Assembly: GCA_010015805.1 (NCBI GenBank)
Contig: ML978124.1
Span: 558,001 to 622,000 of the forward strand
Reading direction: 5' to 3'
Source of the DNA: Rhizodiscina lignyota
Lineage: Eukaryota
Length of the DNA: 64,000 bases
Below, piece after piece: positions 1 through 11,630 of this stretch (position 1 is its first letter; each line of letters begins with the position of its first letter). The notes below the pieces were generated by a model that ran no database searches, was not told where the DNA came from, and saw nothing but the letters and a program-made list of their open reading frames with translations. The translations under genes were made by a program, and so were the position numbers.

Positions 1-505
1 TTACGTACCAGGATAGTCACACAAACTAGCACTAAGGTTGTACCAGAGCCGCAAGATATCGAACTAATGGTTCTTGACATTGTGCACTTCGTATATTCAG
101 ATATGGCCTCGCTCGTCCGAACCTCAACGTTGGAATGGGTGGAGTTCAGATATTCATCACGTGAAAGCCAAGACTCGTCACTCGGTAGGTACCGGGGAAT
201 GACAGTCCGGGCCCGAGCTTTCGCCTCCCATTTTGAAAGCCTAGCAAAATTCTAGAAGTGCCAAAGCGCCTTTCTCCGTCGATTGGCCGAGCTTCAAAAG
301 AATTTCAGTTCTCCCTTTTAACCGCACATCCCCCTCATCCATCAACCGTCAGATACCCGTAGACTCGTACGCGCTGTTTCGACCTCGAATTTCAATAGAC
401 CATATTTCGTATACCCTTATAGATTCTCGTAGCGCAGGACAACGCGCCTCCTTTCCATTTTGCACTCAACCCGCGACTCCGGCCGCCATTGGCTCCTAGA
501 AAGAG

Positions 506-1138
506 ATGAAAGTTTTTTCGGCTTCAGATGAGTTCGACTACTCGTGGGAAGAAGTTTCCACAGCAAACTGGCGGAAGTACTGCCCTTGGAACGAGAAGAC
601 GCCACATGTACTTGCGGTCGACACGCTATCCAGAAATATAGACCCAGAGACTGGAATTGTAAGTTATCACTTGCCCATCGCGCAAGGTGGACAGTTTCTG
701 ACCATATCACCTCTACAGCTTCGGACTGAGCGACTGATTACATGTCAACAAACCGCACCCAAATGGCTTGCTCCCTTCGTTGGCGACGGCAGCTCTCATG
801 TCTATGAGGTGTCTTACTGCGATCCAAAGTCGAAGAAAGTCACTATGTGCTCGCAGAACATGACATGGTCTGATCTGATCAGCGTACAAGAAACTGTCGT
901 ATACAAACCCTTGGCAGCATCTCCAAACGGAAAGACCCAATTCCACCAGACAGCCAGAATTACAGCTCTATGTGGCGGATGGGATAGAATTAAAGCCAAG
1001 GTCGAACAAGCCACCGTCGATAGATTCGCACAAAATGCAGCGAGAGGAAAGGAGGGCTTCGAGATGGTTCTCGAAATGAGCAGGAGAGCGTTCGCCCAGG
1101 AGAGAGAAGAACAGGCCATGCAGAAGGCAAGGCTGTGA
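506..1138 (+). CDS. UPS2: PRELI/MSF1-domain mitochondrial intermembrane lipid-transfer protein; exons 506-658, 719-1138
   Basis: N-terminus MKVFS...FDYSWEEVSTANWRKYCPWN and GI/LRTERLITC are typical of PRELI/MSF1 proteins. Intron 659-718 reads GTAAGT...CTGAC...TACAG and its removal restores GI-LRTERL. Confidence 0.88.
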   Translation: MKVFSASDEFDYSWEEVSTANWRKYCPWNEKTPHVLAVDTLSRNIDPETGIVSYHLPIAQGGQFLTISPLQLRTERLITCQQTAPKWLAPFVGDGSSHVYEVSYCDPKSKKVTMCSQNMTWSDLISVQETVVYKPLAASPNGKTQFHQTARITALCGGWDRIKAKVEQATVDRFAQNAARGKEGFEMVLEMSRRAFAQEREEQAMQKARL

Positions 1139-1725
1139 ATCAATGACGGTGGCCAAAGCTATCCTTCCGTTTGGCATCGACGAGTACGACGACTGACGCC
1201 TTCACCATAATCGACCATCCAACGATGTTCGACTTCTCATACGGCTTGAATGATATACCCTGATAGACTCTCGTTGCTGCTGCGTTGAAGCGTGTTTTAG
1301 GGCGTTTGATGGGTTTAGGGCGTTTTGAATTGGTTTAGAGAAAATCTGGCGCGAGCTTGTATCATCTAGGGGTGGGAAATCTCCTGTCTAATGATACCAC
1401 CGCTCGTTCTTAGAGAGCATCACCGGGTCGATTGTAATTTTAGATGGCAATAGATTTTAGAAGCACCCTTACTATCCACTACAGGAGATTGCAATATTCT
1501 ACCAACATTACATGCCTAGAGTTTCTGAAAGAGAGAAACCATTCGCGTAAATTGGCAGTTCATGTCCTTTACTGGGGGTAGGGGTAGGTTTGTATATTCA
1601 CCCCGGCGCTACGTAGCGCCCGCCAAGAACATTGTTCACGCCCACGTCCAAGTCGCGTTGCTCTGGCGCCCAAGAGCTTCCATCGATCATTTTCCAACCT
1701 CCCATTTTACACTCCAACTCTGACA

Positions 1726-3230
1726 ATGAATCCGTCCACTCTACTCAACGACGCATTCGCGGAAAAGCCGATCTTAAAGCGACGACTCGAAGAATGCATG
1801 AGTAATTTACTCCCTGATCCCTTGTCGTTTGCCGCGCTCGCTAACGTGTAATTACAGGCGAAAGCCCTCAGTACGCCGACCTCGTGCTCAACATCTCCGC
1901 ATACGTCCTCGAGCTACGCCAGAATTTCTCTGCTCACGTCCTGACGGCAAACGAACCTGCCAACAAAAAGCGGAAACTCGACGATGCGCCCTCAACACAG
2001 ACAGCACGAACGGAAGGCTGGGCCGACCCTAGTGCAGAAGCCGCATATACTGCGCCAGATGTGTCTTTCTCGATTCCCCAGCGCAAGAAGCTCGGTCTGC
2101 AGATCGTCCGCGGCGTCAACGGCGGCATTAGAGCTATAGACTCGACTGGGAAAGTTGAGTTCGGTGTCGGTTGGAAAGATATCGAGCAAGTGTTCTGCCT
2201 TCCAGTTCCCGAAAAGCAGAAGCGTGCGTGGAACTACGTCGTCATTCCGCGCGGGAACGACGGGATCAATGCACCTCAGTCGGGCGCGAACATCCCAGAG
2301 CAGATAGTATGGACATATCAGGAGCTTTCTCCAAAAGAGGCTGCGGCGAATTCGGCGCCCCTGGAACCAGATCATACTGCTGGGCTGCTGGACCAACATT
2401 TATCTCCACTGGGAAAGTCTGTCATTATGCCGGAAGAGAAAGAGTTTGCGAGCGCAGTGCCCCAGAGTCATCGGAAGGGAGAGAAGGCATATCACGTCAA
2501 GGCATTCAGGGGCAGCAAAGAAGGCTATTTGTTCTTGTTGCCAACAGGAATATTGTGGGCGTTCAAGAAGCCATTGACGTTCTTTGGGTTTCCAAGTGTT
2601 GGGAGTATCAGCTACACGAGTGTGCTTCAGAGGACGTTCAATTTGGTCGTATCAACAAATCCAACCCAAGGGTCAGGAGAACAAGAAATAGAGTTTGGCA
2701 TGCTGGATCAGGCGGACTTTGCGGGCATAGATGCTTATGTCAAGGCTCATGGGCTGAACGATGCAAGTTTGGCAAAGCAGAGGGCAGCAAAGATTTATGG
2801 TGTCAACACTGATAAGTCGAAGAAGGCAGACGCCGAAGCGAATGGTACTGCTGATGCGAACGGCGAAGCGGCAGTCCAGGGAGGAGATGAGGAGATGACG
2901 GAGCTGCAGAAAGCCGAGCAGCAATTGGAGGACGAGGAGGACGAGGAGGAGGAAGATTATGATCCAGGCAGCGAGGGTGAAAGTGAGGGCGAGGGAGGAA
3001 GTAGCGAAGAAGATGATTATGGGCCGGGGGAAGAAGTCGAAGGAGATGAAGAGGTCGAAGGAGAGGATGGGGAGGAGGGTGAAGAGGAAGAGTATGATGA
3101 AGATGAAGAAGTAGAAGAAGCTGAGCTTGATGAACCCCCGGCGCAGCAGAGCCATTCGGGATTTCCCACAGTCAACGGCCGGGGACATGGCCGTGAAGAA
3201 CCGGATGAACCTGAAGATGGGTTTTTGTAA
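1726..3230 (+). CDS. RTT106: Rtt106-like histone chaperone (PH-type domain plus long acidic tail); exons 1726-1801, 1858-3230
   Basis: Motif HVKAFRGSKEGYLFLLPTGILWAFKKPL...SISYTSVLQRTFNL, NLS-like NKKRK and E/D-rich C-terminus with EEDYDPGSEGESEG. Intron 1802-1857 (GTAATT...GCTAAC...ACAG) joins ATG 1726 in frame to the 448-aa ORF. Confidence 0.85.
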
Positions 3231-4152
3231 AGCTGAGAAGCACAAGGTCTGGAGGTCTTTTTGCTTCTGTGGTTCCTAGATGAGGGCTACGGCGGAAACT
3301 CCAAGTCGGACAGTGTGTCTCCTCTCCACGTACTTTTCCAATATTTGTTCAGCGGTCAGGAAGCTTGGAAAGAATACGATGTGCATAAGAGCAACAGGGG
3401 TTATAACAATAGGACCGTTGCTAGATGATACATGTCGAATGAACTCTTAGTTACTGACGCGAAAGGATCCGGATCACATCCACAAAAGCGGACGAGAAAG
3501 AGACGCCAGTCCCCTTGGCTATGCCAGAGTTCCCTGCGTCGCCTTCCCCGACTAAGTCAACACTAGATACACACTGCAGGATTTAGCAGCTGCATCACCT
3601 TGGCCAATGATCGCTAGAACCTTCGCGGAAGCGCTCATGAGGTCCGACTTGCCCTAGTCGAGCCCTTGGTGTGGCGCTGGAGCAGCCACGGCACGATGCA
3701 GCTGCTGGAGAGGCGCGCCATGTCTATTCGGAAACTCACAGCGAGGAGCTGCTTTCTCCTCGCAGTTTGCAGGATCCTTGACATCATAGGGTGACCACTG
3801 TGATACACCATGGAAAGCCTTCGTATGCGAGTAGCCGTGGATGATGCGGCATCCTTGCAGTCAGATTTGACATGGCGGCGTTCTCTCAAGACCTGGAGCT
3901 GCAAGTTCCCGCTAATGCAGAGACGAGCGGCAGAACACAGCCCAAGATTGGTGGATGCGTATGTGCGCTTATCGCGCTATTCATGCGGTGTAACGAATGG
4001 GATAACACCATGCACGAGTTGCGGCAAAGACCTTTCGAACAAGGAGTCCCTTTCATTTCGAAATAGTAACGAGCCCTAGATTCCAAATCGTCGGTATCCT
4101 CCCCACCCTATCAAAACGGAGTGGTTATTGTGATTGCGTTGACCGCCTCAGC

Positions 4153-4671
4153 TCAGGCAAGCCACGACACATTCAGTCTCAAGTATTTGTGGAGAGCCGA
4201 ACTCGATCCGCTACCATCCACCAAATCCGCGAAGAAATATGGACCAAACTTTCCTTCTGCAGCATCCTGCTGAACACGGTAGAGGGCGATATGGTCGTCG
4301 CAGACGAAGAAGTATGGCTCGAAATCTGTCCTGTAGACAAGGAGGGTTCCCGCGGCTTCGTTTGCAGCGACGTGGATCGCATCTTCATCTGCTGCTGACG
4401 ATCGAACAATTCCAGTCATCATGACTCTGCCATCGAACCGCCGTCGGAGGATGATAGAAGGACGAAGTAGCTGCTGCTCAGCCGCTTTATGTTCATCGTC
4501 TTCTCCTTGGGCTCGGTAGATGGCAACCTCCAACTCCTCTGAAACTTGGTCACGCAATTGCTGTGCCCAGTATTCCAGTCGATCCTCGACTTCCCTGGCG
4601 GTTGGCTGCTCTCCCAACATGGGCGCTGTGGGTTGGTGAGAAGGGTTGTTCTCTGCGTGTCCCTCTGCCAT
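4153..4671 (-). CDS. Hypothetical protein, 172 aa
   Basis: ATG-initiated ORF with normal protein-like composition, preceded by a canonical intron (4732-4683: GTAAGG...GCTAAC...CAG) that suggests a real transcript. No family recognised. Confidence 0.55.
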   Translation of the reverse strand: MAEGHAENNPSHQPTAPMLGEQPTAREVEDRLEYWAQQLRDQVSEELEVAIYRAQGEDDEHKAAEQQLLRPSIILRRRFDGRVMMTGIVRSSAADEDAIHVAANEAAGTLLVYRTDFEPYFFVCDDHIALYRVQQDAAEGKFGPYFFADLVDGSGSSSALHKYLRLNVSWLA

Positions 4672-6156
4672 GTTGTATGAACCTGAAGGGAAACCGTTAG
4701 CGAGACCGGAATGTGGCGCTGCGATGCCTTACCAACAACGGCTCAATGCGTAATGATAGCTTTGTTGGAGTCCAAAGTTGATGTTTCCTATTTGATATAA
4801 CAGTAGCCCAAGATCAAAATCCACAGGTTCCTCATGGACAGAGCTGCAGAGCATGACTTTATACCATTAAAGCAAAGTTGGAAAGTAACACAAGAAGGAA
4901 GATGTAGGCACGTAGCCGACTAATTCTGGAGACAAACGAAAAGGGCGACAAGAAGGTAGCTGCTTAGTTGCACAAGCGTGTCTTTGTTGAAGCCGTATCT
5001 CCATGCATTCCCTTTAGTGGCTGCCACTTGGAGGTGCAGAAGAGCACGGAAACATGCCGGAAACCAGATGACGGTGAGAATGGGCCGGCGACTGAAGTGA
5101 GCAGAGATGGCATAGATTAGATGTGACTGCTCACCTCTCTCCAAGAAGACGGAATGGCAAAACTACCTACCTAGCCGATGGGGGAAACATCTTGTCCGAT
5201 GAGACGGCTTGGAACACATCCAATACTTCACAAGACCAACGTGTTGGGCCCCGAGCCTAGCGATGTGTGAGTCGGCAGCCGTTCTCGTTCAAGCCAAGCC
5301 AAGCATGCGCAGGAACTGTGGAGTGTAGGATTCGAGTCTGCCAAGTAGACGGTTCATTTGAAGGCGGACTGCAAGGGAGACGGGACACGGTGCTTCCCAG
5401 ACATACCATCGATAGATTTGGCGCAGAATTGGAAGGCTTCCCTTTCGACAGTTTTGGGCATCATCTGCCTGAGCGGTATTACAGCCAGCCTCTAGAATGG
5501 TCCATATGCAAGGCGAAAAGGGCTCGTTGTCCATATTCGCCGCTCTGCGGATGGTTGCGAGATTTCATGTATGACGGTGGACTGACGTCGCAACACTTTT
5601 TTCATCATCTTTTGGCAGCGAATTATTGAGTGCCAGGTGGTGCTCAGCATATAGCTTAAACGCCGAAGCAGTGAATGTATAAGGAGATGTAGAAACTATT
5701 AGAAGAATTGGAAGGTGCTTTGTACAGAGGCAAACGATCTCGATGAGAGGTGAAGGAGAAAGTTACGGCTAGGACAACCTCAAACTAGTCTATTTTTGGA
5801 TCGCAGATTCATCTGATAAATTTCGGCGCTGTGTCCCAGACATTTTGCAGAGTCGAATGACTGGAGCATTGCGCTCTTAGAGGTGTGGGTAGTCCAGGTC
5901 GAAATCAAAACTGGGATTTAAAGGTTGTGCAATTGGTAAACGTGTACATGAATAATACTCTCTATGTGAGGTGTGGTAAGTAGTTGAAATGCTGCGCGAA
6001 GAACGAGAAACAGCCCCAATGCAGATATGAATCACTATGCAAATAGCAAAAATAACCTCGATTCCCACTCAACTGCTCTTTTTCAAACGGTCTATACACT
6101 CTAACAGTTCAATTCCAACAGTGTCTCTCACAAATGGGCGCACGTTTACATAGTCG

Positions 6157-6175
6157 TAGGGTTAGGGTTAGGGTT
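6157..6175 (+). repeat. Interstitial telomere-type tract TAGGGTTAGGGTTAGGGTT
   Basis: Read directly; about 3 TTAGGG units ending ~95 bp upstream of the POP3 ATG. Confidence 0.85.
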
Positions 6176-6269
6176 CATGATAAAAGCTCTCGCTCTCTTC
6201 GAAATGATTACTCGCCATACCATCGAACATGCATAATCTTCTCGGAGAGCGTTATGCTGAACGACTACC

Positions 6270-7149
6270 ATGTCCAAGGGCAAACCCATTTTCACAGTTG
6301 GCTCGCCGTACACGGCACCATCTTGGTAAGATATCATATCGTGCATCTTCCGCCTCCGCTAACTCTGCCGAAGGCCGCACTTGAAGCCTGATGAACAAGG
6401 AGCGATCGTAGATTTGCTTTGCAGGTTAGTGGATATTCCCTCTACTTAAATGTATAGTCGTAATATATTGATAAGACGTTTCACTTCTTCTCAAGAATCC
6501 AATATTTACATGACACTGGCACTGGTGGTGAATAGTGCTAACATGCATCAGCGTCCTCTCCCCAATTGGTCACCACAGAGTCACCAACACGCACCCTTCG
6601 AAGGGGAAACGTCAGAAGAAGCGCAAAAGGGACTCAGCATCAGATGAAAGCATACCCGATGCAAACTTAACGGAAACACGAGAGCCCGGTATCGCAAATT
6701 TTGTGACCGTCGGGCTCAATTCTACATCAAGACATCTTGAAGCTCTCTCTGCTCCTCTCAAGGATCAGACCAAGCAGACTAGCGAAGTTGTGCAATCTGA
6801 ATACCGACCGCCCTTGAGCGCCATATTTCTTCCCAAGGCTCGCAACGATATGATATACGCTCACCTGCCGCTCTTGGCGCAAACTGCCTCCTCCGCTCAA
6901 AATCTGCCGGCACATTCTGCAACTAGACTCGTGCCACTCGACTCAAAGCACGAGCAGAAACTTGCCTCTTCTCTTGGTCTACCCAGAGCTGGCGTGGTTG
7001 GCCTCATGGAAGGTGCTCCCGGGACCGATGCGTTGATAGAGTATGTCCGCAGCAAGGTTGAGCCGATCGATGTGCCATGGCTTAGAGAAGCTGCGGAAGC
7101 AAAGTATATGGGGCTAAAAGTGGATGCGGTGGAGGTCAAGAAAGGTTGA
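6270..7149 (+). CDS. POP3: RNase P/MRP subunit Pop3/p38-like; exons 6270-6325, 6374-6424, 6552-7149
   Basis: Spliced product MSKGKPIFTVGSPYTAPSWPHLKPDEQGAIVDLLCSVLSPIGHHR...SKGKRQKKRKR...VGLNSTSRHLE...HLPLL...LGLPRAGVVGL resembles fungal Pop3. Both introns have GT...CTAAC...AG and phases are compatible. Confidence 0.8.
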
Positions 7150-7467
7150 ATACCATCCTGCCGGTCATTCATGCGCCCTGATACCAGATGGATGATTGGC
7201 CCTTCATGCAAGCCACTGCAGCTCCCGGGTCACGCGACAAGTGGGCTTGATAGGAGCAGTTCAGACATCGAATCGCTTCTGGAGTGGCTCTGTGGTGATA
7301 TGCGTCGGCATGGAAGAAAGGGCCGTACAGAGTATTTAATCCGAGGACGAGCAAGGACGGAGAGTTCTTGAGCTTTACGACTCGTCGCATTGCCTACACT
7401 TCTTAACCGTTCAAGATGCAATGCAACGCAATGCCAGTTCGTCATGTCCTCGTAAATGCAGCAAATC

Positions 7468-9488
7468 TCAACGCTTGCCTTTCTTTCCCTTCTTCTTCTG
7501 CCCACCTCCACCTCCGCCGCCTCCGCCACCACTGCTCGGTGCGGGCTTCGCCTCCTCCACAATCCCACCTTGGGTTCCACCTGCCATCCTTCCTTTTCCT
7601 TTTCTCCCTTTGGGCCGATAGTAGCTCCTGTCCCTCATCGGCAGCCACCGTTCTGGATCCATGTCCTTCCCCTCCACAAAATCCTTCGGTGTCCTTTTCG
7701 CCGTCAACTTGCGCTTCTTCTTCACAGGTTCTTCCCTTTTGCCCTCCTTTGCGGCCTTCTCCGCCGGGCGCTTGACTGCTACGTTGGATGGGAGCGGTAA
7801 GGCAGCAACTCCAGCATTTTCCAACGCGGCAGCGTCAATTCCGGCAACGAGACGAGAAGCAGCCGGTAGAGCATCAGCCTCGGAGCCATCAGAGCCTGAC
7901 GGGTGAGAAGCTATCATGCCTGCGAGTGCGGCTGGATCGGACGGTTGTGTATCATGTAGTTCTGTAAAGATCGCTCTTGAAGCTTCAATGTCCGTGGCAT
8001 TGGCGCTGTTGAGCAGTTCCGTACCAGCGGCTTTCAGAAGCGATAGAACGCCACTTGAACCACCTTTGTCCGACCTTGATTTGAACTTCTCTCGCCAGTA
8101 AGCCGCTGCTTTCGCAAGCTCCTGTTTCACGTGCGCACGTCGTGACTGCGATGAATACAGTGATACCAACGTCCCTACCAGACCAGGTGCGAAGCGCACG
8201 TCCTGATCAGCTGGAGTGGACGACTGCTCGAGGCGCGAAAGGAATGACTCCAGCAGGCTAATCGCAGATCCATGGTTGTTTGTGAGGACGTAGAGTTGAA
8301 CCACCATAAGGAGAAGACCAATATCGTTCGATCGCTTCTCAAGCAGTGGCAATATGGCCTTGATCCCGGCTTTTCCAGTGGCACCTTCGGCAGTCGCTGC
8401 TGCGTTGATGACGGATATAGAATTTATGGCTGGAGATATGGTGGCCGAGGGATTTGTTGAGAGGTAGTTGCTGGTTGATTTGGCGACGCCGTTAAGCTTT
8501 AGAGAGAGAAGGTCAAGGACGTAGCTATCCTGTTTGAGAACCAGAGATTGGTAGTCGAACGGCTGATCAGACTTTGGGAAATTCGGCACTGAATGGAAGA
8601 GGCGGTGCGATAGATATGGATTTGCTGGGGAAATGGACGTTGTAAGGCCATTTACTTGCGCGATGTGTCTCGTAGAAATATCGGGAATGCTGGAGCAAAA
8701 TCAGTATATCATTACCCAAGAACCGCGGTGACATACTCAGATGAAGAAATCTCTGATGACAGTTTCTCTGCCTCCTCCAGCCTGCCCTGTCTGACGAGAA
8801 CGAAGACATGTTGAACCATAATCGGCAGTAGCTCAGCCTTCTTTTCTTCGTCTGACAGCTCATCCGAGGCATTGCATAAATCTTTCGCCCTCCGCAGTAG
8901 CACTTCCCCTTGCGCCAGCTCTCCCCTCGCAATACTTCCACACGCCGCATTATACGCTGTCTCGAACGCCTCCAGATCCTCCCTTCCAGGCTTCTTCTGC
9001 GTCACCAAGTGGCCTTGGCCCTTCCACTCCAATTGTGCGTCTACAGCGCCACTATTGATCCTAAGATCATTCTCTTCATGCTGTGCCTCTCTTATTCTGT
9101 TCCTCAGTTCCACATAAACCTGCTTCGCCTGCTCGAACTCTTCAAGACGGTAGGACGTTTGTGCCAACACATAAAGCAGGCCTCTGTCGCCTGTCTCAAG
9201 GCCTTCCCGCGCGACGTTGATAGCATCCTCCCAGTTCCCAGACTTGTACAGCGCATATGCCCATTCAATCTGTGAAGCCTCCTTCAGCTTATCGCCACCC
9301 TCTTCGAGCGCACGCAGTGCATCGTCGAATCTGTCAAGTTTGAGGAGCGCGACGACGCGGACATGCTGAGCTTGAAGATCGGACTTGGACTTCCGTAGCG
9401 ATGCATTGGCAGCTTTCAGAATCTCTTCGTGATCGACGATATCAGCGTGTGCGAGGAGGGAGGACAGGGTCGGTGCGCCAGATGACAT
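7468..9488 (-). CDS. SRP72: Signal recognition particle subunit SRP72; exons 9488-8737, 8689-7468
   Basis: TPR-like N-terminus (ETAYNAAC...ELLPIMVQ) and C-terminal RNA-binding motif DPERWLPMRDRSYYRPKG with a GGTQG...KKKGKK tail. Intron 8736-8690 GTATGT...CAG joins the two ORFs in frame. Confidence 0.93.
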
Positions 9489-10187
9489 GGTGGATGGAGC
9501 ACGCGATATGAAAATCGCCGAGACGAAGGAGGAGAACACAGGATGTGTAGACAGACTGCCTATCTCGGTGCCATGGAGGGAATAAGATGACCTCCTATGA
9601 GTTACAGGTGCTAGGAGCTGATGAAGGGGTTAGTATTCTTCTTGTTTGGTCGCATCGAAAGCGTGACGTTCGAATTTCTGTGGTTTGTGTGGGGTTTGAA
9701 CGTCGCTGGTGGAAGATCAAAGTTTTCTCTGTGGGACATTTTCCTTAAAGTTCACTACAAACATGAAATTAATTTTCCAACTAATATTTCAATCGCATCA
9801 CTATAGAGATCAGCATTCATTAGAAGGAAAGCTTGGAGATTTGGATTCAAATATCTCATTTTTGTGCGAATAAACTGCTTCAGAACGTCAAATCCAGACC
9901 CGTTCTAGCTGAACTCAATTGATTGGCTCACTACAGTATTAGAAACTTAATCACTAAACCCGCTGAACGCCTCTAATAGGGAAATACACATTTTGGATCT
10001 GACTTACATATCCATTTTGCCCCGCTCGTGGGCCTTTCGGGATGTCGTGATCGCCAGCTTCATCCGAATTTGTAATCATCGCCGTTTTCATATATGCCTC
10101 GTGAGTATAAGAAAGAAGTCTCCTTGCTACAGAACAAGCCTATTAGTGTCCATTGACATACCTCAATCTTCGATTAGCAGAAATACC

Positions 10188-11630
10188 ATGGCGGAGTCAA
10201 AGCAATTGCATCTAACCGCGTTCATGCGGCCGGTGAGCTTGCATACTGGAGCTTGGAGGATGCCGAACGCGTACGCCGATGGAAATTTCAACCTCTCCCA
10301 TCTCAAAGAGTTTATAAAGAAACTGGAAGAGGCCAAATTCGATGCGTTCTTCATGGCCGATCACCTTGCTGTCCTGAACATGCCCGTCGAGGCTCTTAAG
10401 CGGAGCCACACCACGACTTCTTTCGAGCCATTTACGCTACTCTCTGCCCTCTCTCAAGTCACGGAGAGAATTGGATTGGCCGCAACGGCCTCTAGTACTT
10501 ACGATTTCCCTTATCACGTCGCTCGTCGTTTTGCCTCACTGGATCATATCAGCAATGGGCGGGCGGCATGGAACATTGTCACCACCGGCAACCCGGAATC
10601 CTCGAAGAACTTTGGCTTCGATGAGCATATGGAGCACGGCGATCGCTATAAGCGGGCTCGAGAATTCTATGATGTGGTTACCGGCCTATGGGACAGTTTT
10701 GCTGACGATGCCTTCGTACGTGATCAAGAGAGCGGCATCTACATGGACCCGGAGAAGATGCATGTGCTGGATCACAAGGGCGACGACCTCAAGGTACGCG
10801 GGCCGCTAAATATCGCACGCCCTGTTCAAGGCTGGCCCGTTATTGTTCAGGCTGGTCAATCCGAACCTGGCAAGCAGCTGGCAGCGGAAACGGCCGAGGC
10901 GGTATTCTGCTCGCCGAAAGATATGGAAGGCGCAAAAGCTCTGTATGCAGATATCAAGGGACGCGCTGTCGCTGCTGGTCGCGATCCCAATCATTTGAAG
11001 ATTCTGCCTGCTGCGCTCATCGTCGTTGGCGATAGTATCGAGGATGCTCAGGCGAAGCGCCTCAAAGTCGACAGCCTGGTTCACTATGACAGCGCCATTG
11101 CCTCACTGTCGATTGCGCTTGGGACTGATGCATCAAAATTCGACCCAGATGAGCTGCTCCCAACAGATATACCCGACACAAACGCATCCAAGACTGGTCG
11201 CGCTGGAGTTCTGAGGGTTGCCGAGAAGGAAAAGCTGACTGTGCGGCAACTTGCACAACGCTGGGGCGGTTATTCCGGGCTAGCATTCGTGGGCTCACCG
11301 GAGACAATCGCTGACGAAATGGCTACTTGGCTGGCCGAGGAGGCATGCGATGGGTTTACTGTCACCTTCCCATTCCTGCCGCAAGGCTTGGATGGTGTTG
11401 TGTATCGCTTGGTACCAGAGTTGCAGCGCCGTGGTCTCTTTCGTCGCGATTATGAAGGTACGACCTTGCGGGAACACCTTGGTCTTCCGCGGCCGGAGAA
11501 CCGATTCTACCCCAAGGAGACCAAGGAAACCAAGGAGATAACCGAGACGAAGGAGACGAAGAAAGAGAATGGTGTGAACGGAAATGGCGTCACGCCACCT
11601 GCGAAGAAGAGAAAAACTCGTCATTCATGA
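10188..11630 (+). CDS. Bacterial luciferase-like FMNH2-dependent monooxygenase, NtaA/SnaA/DszA family; intronless
   Basis: Motifs LEEAKFDAFFMADHL, FEPFTLLSAL, PYHVARRFASLDHISNGRAAWNIVT, VRGPLNIARPVQGWPVIVQAG and LVPELQRRGLFRRDYEGTTLREHLGLPRP. First ATG at 10188 (ACCATGG); the ORF track's upstream TTG start is unlikely. Confidence 0.92.
   Translation: MAESKQLHLTAFMRPVSLHTGAWRMPNAYADGNFNLSHLKEFIKKLEEAKFDAFFMADHLAVLNMPVEALKRSHTTTSFEPFTLLSALSQVTERIGLAATASSTYDFPYHVARRFASLDHISNGRAAWNIVTTGNPESSKNFGFDEHMEHGDRYKRAREFYDVVTGLWDSFADDAFVRDQESGIYMDPEKMHVLDHKGDDLKVRGPLNIARPVQGWPVIVQAGQSEPGKQLAAETAEAVFCSPKDMEGAKALYADIKGRAVAAGRDPNHLKILPAALIVVGDSIEDAQAKRLKVDSLVHYDSAIASLSIALGTDASKFDPDELLPTDIPDTNASKTGRAGVLRVAEKEKLTVRQLAQRWGGYSGLAFVGSPETIADEMATWLAEEACDGFTVTFPFLPQGLDGVVYRLVPELQRRGLFRRDYEGTTLREHLGLPRPENRFYPKETKETKEITETKETKKENGVNGNGVTPPAKKRKTRHS
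11512..11567 (+). repeat. Imperfect 9-bp tandem repeat encoding KET/KEI units in the monooxygenase tail
   Basis: ccaaggaga ccaaggaaa ccaaggaga taaccgaga cgaaggaga cgaagaaag, read directly. Confidence 0.8.

Noticed and set aside
9993..10187. TTG/GTG-initiated N-terminal extensions in the ORF track (monooxygenase, also 20211, 17848, 9539)
   Set aside because: Eukaryotic locus; a downstream ATG coincides with the start of family similarity.
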